Source: a virus
Taxonomy: Duplodnaviria > Caudoviricetes
Reading direction: 5' to 3' (one strand)
DNA: 57,630 nucleotides
IMG/VR virus record: IMGVR_UViG_3300028045_000016
Location: 1-57,630 of that record
Numbering within the stretch: the stretch's first letter is position 1; each line of letters begins with the position of its first letter. This document shows, in pieces, positions 55,390-57,630 of the stretch. Under the pieces are notes generated by a model. The model did no database searches and had not been told where the DNA came from. It saw nothing but the letters and a program-made list of their open reading frames with translations. The translations under genes and the position numbers were made by a program.

Positions 55390-55407
55390 ACCGTCAAATA
55401 ATTTCAG

Positions 55408-55415
55408 TACCTTTG
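55408..55415 (+). promoter_or_regulatory. -7 promoter element (TACCTTTG)
   Basis: Upstream of the fibre genes. Confidence 0.6.
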
Positions 55416-55439
55416 TAATTATAAAAATGATTTCCATTA

Positions 55440-56177
55440 ATGGCTAGAATTATAACATATCCAATAGACTCGCAAGTAACAGGTGGAGATAAAGTCATAG
55501 GTACTGATTCTCAAACTTCGTTTACAAAGAATTTTTCTGTAAGCGATATTGTAGATTATATTAATATATCTTCTTCAGTAGATTCACAAACACTAAGATA
55601 TAGATTTCAAGTATTAACAGTAGCTAAACCTGATTTAGAAAAGGGTACAATATCTTTTGACCCACCGGTAGGTGATACCTATCCCTTCGATTCAGTATCT
55701 GATTTTGTTATAAGTGATTATAGTTTAAAGTATGTGAGTCAAGGAAAGTTAACTGATATTTCTAGTTTTTATAATAGTCTTATTGGTTCTCGTGTTTTAA
55801 TTACAAACACAAAAGATATTAGTGAGTTTGGTGTATATGATTGGGATTCATCATCTCCTTATAAACCAACACCTAACTATCACAACATAGGGTTAACTAA
55901 AATCTATGGTGCAGGTAGTTTAAAAAAGGATGAAGAATATTTTATATCTTTGTTGTCGTGGAATTCTTCTGTAATTGGAGGAGATAAAACCTTTGTGTTT
56001 ACACAAGGAACCCCTCTTCCTCAATGGGATATTGTACACAACCTAAATAAGTTTCCATCCGTAAGTGTGGTAAACTCATTTAAGGAAGAAGTATTTGGAA
56101 AAGTAGATTATATAAACAAAAATAGAGTAACTGTAACATTTGCAGCACCCTTCTCAGGTCAAGCGTACTGTAACTAA
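55440..56177 (+). CDS. Virion structural/fibre-associated protein
   Basis: N-terminus paralogous to ORF 2011, C-terminal W.IVHNLNKFPSVSVV..F...FSGQAYCN domain. Confidence 0.65.
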   Translation: MARIITYPIDSQVTGGDKVIGTDSQTSFTKNFSVSDIVDYINISSSVDSQTLRYRFQVLTVAKPDLEKGTISFDPPVGDTYPFDSVSDFVISDYSLKYVSQGKLTDISSFYNSLIGSRVLITNTKDISEFGVYDWDSSSPYKPTPNYHNIGLTKIYGAGSLKKDEEYFISLLSWNSSVIGGDKTFVFTQGTPLPQWDIVHNLNKFPSVSVVNSFKEEVFGKVDYINKNRVTVTFAAPFSGQAYCN

Positions 56178-56197
56178 ATTAAAAAAAAACAAAAATT

Positions 56198-57630
56198 ATG
56201 GCAATAAAGTATTTAGATGCGATTGACTTAACGGGATTAGAAATCCAAAATGTCCTCGCACAGAGCAATCCGGGTAATCCGGCAACGGCATTAGGCGAAG
56301 GACAATTCTTTTTCGACTCAACTGCGAAGACATTAAAGTATTATAACGGTACTGCTTGGGTAGAACTTGATGGACAAGGTGGCGTAACAGGAATTGTAGC
56401 AGGTAAAGGTATTACTGTATCTAATCCAACAGGGTCAGTTACGGTTGGTGCTGATTATTCAAGTGCAACAAACATTATTCTTTCTGCAACAAATGCAGCA
56501 GGTACTCCTGTTCCTCCGGAAGCACAGATTATCTACAACGAAAAGTCTGTAGTAAAGTATGCTCAGGTTCAAGATTTACCTTTTACTGCTAACCTAGGTA
56601 CAGTAACAAGTGTAGGTGTATCAAATGCAGCAGGAACTTTTGTAACTGTAGGTTCGTCAGGTGGAACAACTCCTGCAATCTCAGCAAACTTAAACGCAAC
56701 AGGAACTGCAAGTGCAACTACTTACCTAAGAGGTGATAACAGTTGGGCAACTATTCCTTCAGGATTCGCAGGATTCGATATTAGTGATGGAAAATCTCCA
56801 TTCTCTGTAGCTTCAGGAAACGTAGTTTTATTCTCATCTTCAACATTAGACATTGCTACAAGTACTGCTTTAACTGTTGATATTGAATTACCTGTTACAG
56901 GAATTACTGCAGGTGCTTATACCTCAGCAGATATTACGGTAGATGCTCAAGGTAGAGTAACTAAAGTTAGCGATGGTGGTGCAGGAACAATGAGTTCATT
57001 CACACTAACATCAGATAGTGGTACAGACCAAATAGTAACTGACGGACAGACACTTAATATAAGTGGTGGTACTGCATTGTCAGGTGTAGTTGGTGCTACA
57101 GATAAAGTGACTATTAATCACGATGCCTTTGGAACTGCAGGAACATATGCATATCCTTCACAGGTAGTTACAAACGCAACCGGTCACATCACCTCTATTA
57201 CTGCAGGTAGTGCTCCGGGAACAATGAGTTCGTTTACTATTGAAGCTGACTCAGGAACTGCTGAATCAATTAGCAATGGAAACTCAATAAACTTTGCCGG
57301 TGGTGAAGGTATTGTTACTGATGTAGCAGCTACAGATACTATTAATATTGTACTTGACCTTTCGGAACTTCCTACAAAAACTGCAAAGGTAGACCCTAAG
57401 ACAGATTACTTAGTTGGCTTGTTTGATAAAGGAGCAGACCAAAACAAGGTTATTATTAATGACCTTGGTCTTAGTCTTTGGGGAGCACCTACCGTGGATT
57501 TAAGTATGGCATCTAACAAAATTACTGATGTTACTAATCCAACGGCAGCACAGGATGCAGCAACTAAGAACTATGTAGATACAACATTCGCAGGTTCAGG
57601 AGCATTAATCTACCAAGGTGGATACGATGC
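56198..57630 (+). CDS. Tail fibre protein, 3'-partial (absent from the track because it has no stop)
   Basis: MAIKYLDAIDL..YYNGTAWV, GTVTSVG, ITVDAQGRVT, QDAATKNYVD, open to the window end. Confidence 0.85.
   Translation, partial: MAIKYLDAIDLTGLEIQNVLAQSNPGNPATALGEGQFFFDSTAKTLKYYNGTAWVELDGQGGVTGIVAGKGITVSNPTGSVTVGADYSSATNIILSATNAAGTPVPPEAQIIYNEKSVVKYAQVQDLPFTANLGTVTSVGVSNAAGTFVTVGSSGGTTPAISANLNATGTASATTYLRGDNSWATIPSGFAGFDISDGKSPFSVASGNVVLFSSSTLDIATSTALTVDIELPVTGITAGAYTSADITVDAQGRVTKVSDGGAGTMSSFTLTSDSGTDQIVTDGQTLNISGGTALSGVVGATDKVTINHDAFGTAGTYAYPSQVVTNATGHITSITAGSAPGTMSSFTIEADSGTAESISNGNSINFAGGEGIVTDVAATDTINIVLDLSELPTKTAKVDPKTDYLVGLFDKGADQNKVIINDLGLSLWGAPTVDLSMASNKITDVTNPTAAQDAATKNYVDTTFAGSGALIYQGGYD

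Noticed and set aside
1-57630. Stop-codon reassignment, DGR, retron, introns or inteins
   Set aside because: Genes are intact in code 11 and use all three stops. I saw no reverse transcriptase, TR/VR pair or splicing motifs.

Overview
The window looks like most of a lytic, podovirus-type tailed phage of Bacteroidota, probably marine Flavobacteriaceae. Support: AT-rich DNA, repeated TAnnTTTG promoters and no Shine-Dalgarno motifs. The + strand 1-34.1 kb carries tail fibre and collagen genes, terminase, portal, scaffold, capsid, tail rings and nozzle, a GNAT and three putative ejection proteins, the last 3004 aa. The - strand 34.1-48.3 kb carries nucleases, an SF2 helicase, a primase-helicase, SSB, an exonuclease/annealase pair, two DnaA-domain-IV-like proteins, Nmad1, a lysozyme-like protein and ArdC. 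The mostly + strand 48.7-57.6 kb carries tRNA-Arg(TCT), groEL/groES, very basic small proteins, lysis genes and tail fibres. I recognised no integrase, DNA polymerase or RNA polymerase. Best leads: (1) a 3004-aa polyvalent protein whose accessory domains, including a SAM methyltransferase, are cassettes bounded by an RQQ motif just after a zincin protease; (2) two ungapped copies of a 73-bp element with four repeats and an IHF-like site, one abutting the primase gene; (3) an A10 slippery run early in the giant gene; (4) a repeated hairpin leader in the early region; (5) a G-quadruplex at the strand switch; (6) apparent avoidance of GATC, CATG and CCAG/CTGG. All calls come from reading motifs by eye; no searches were run.
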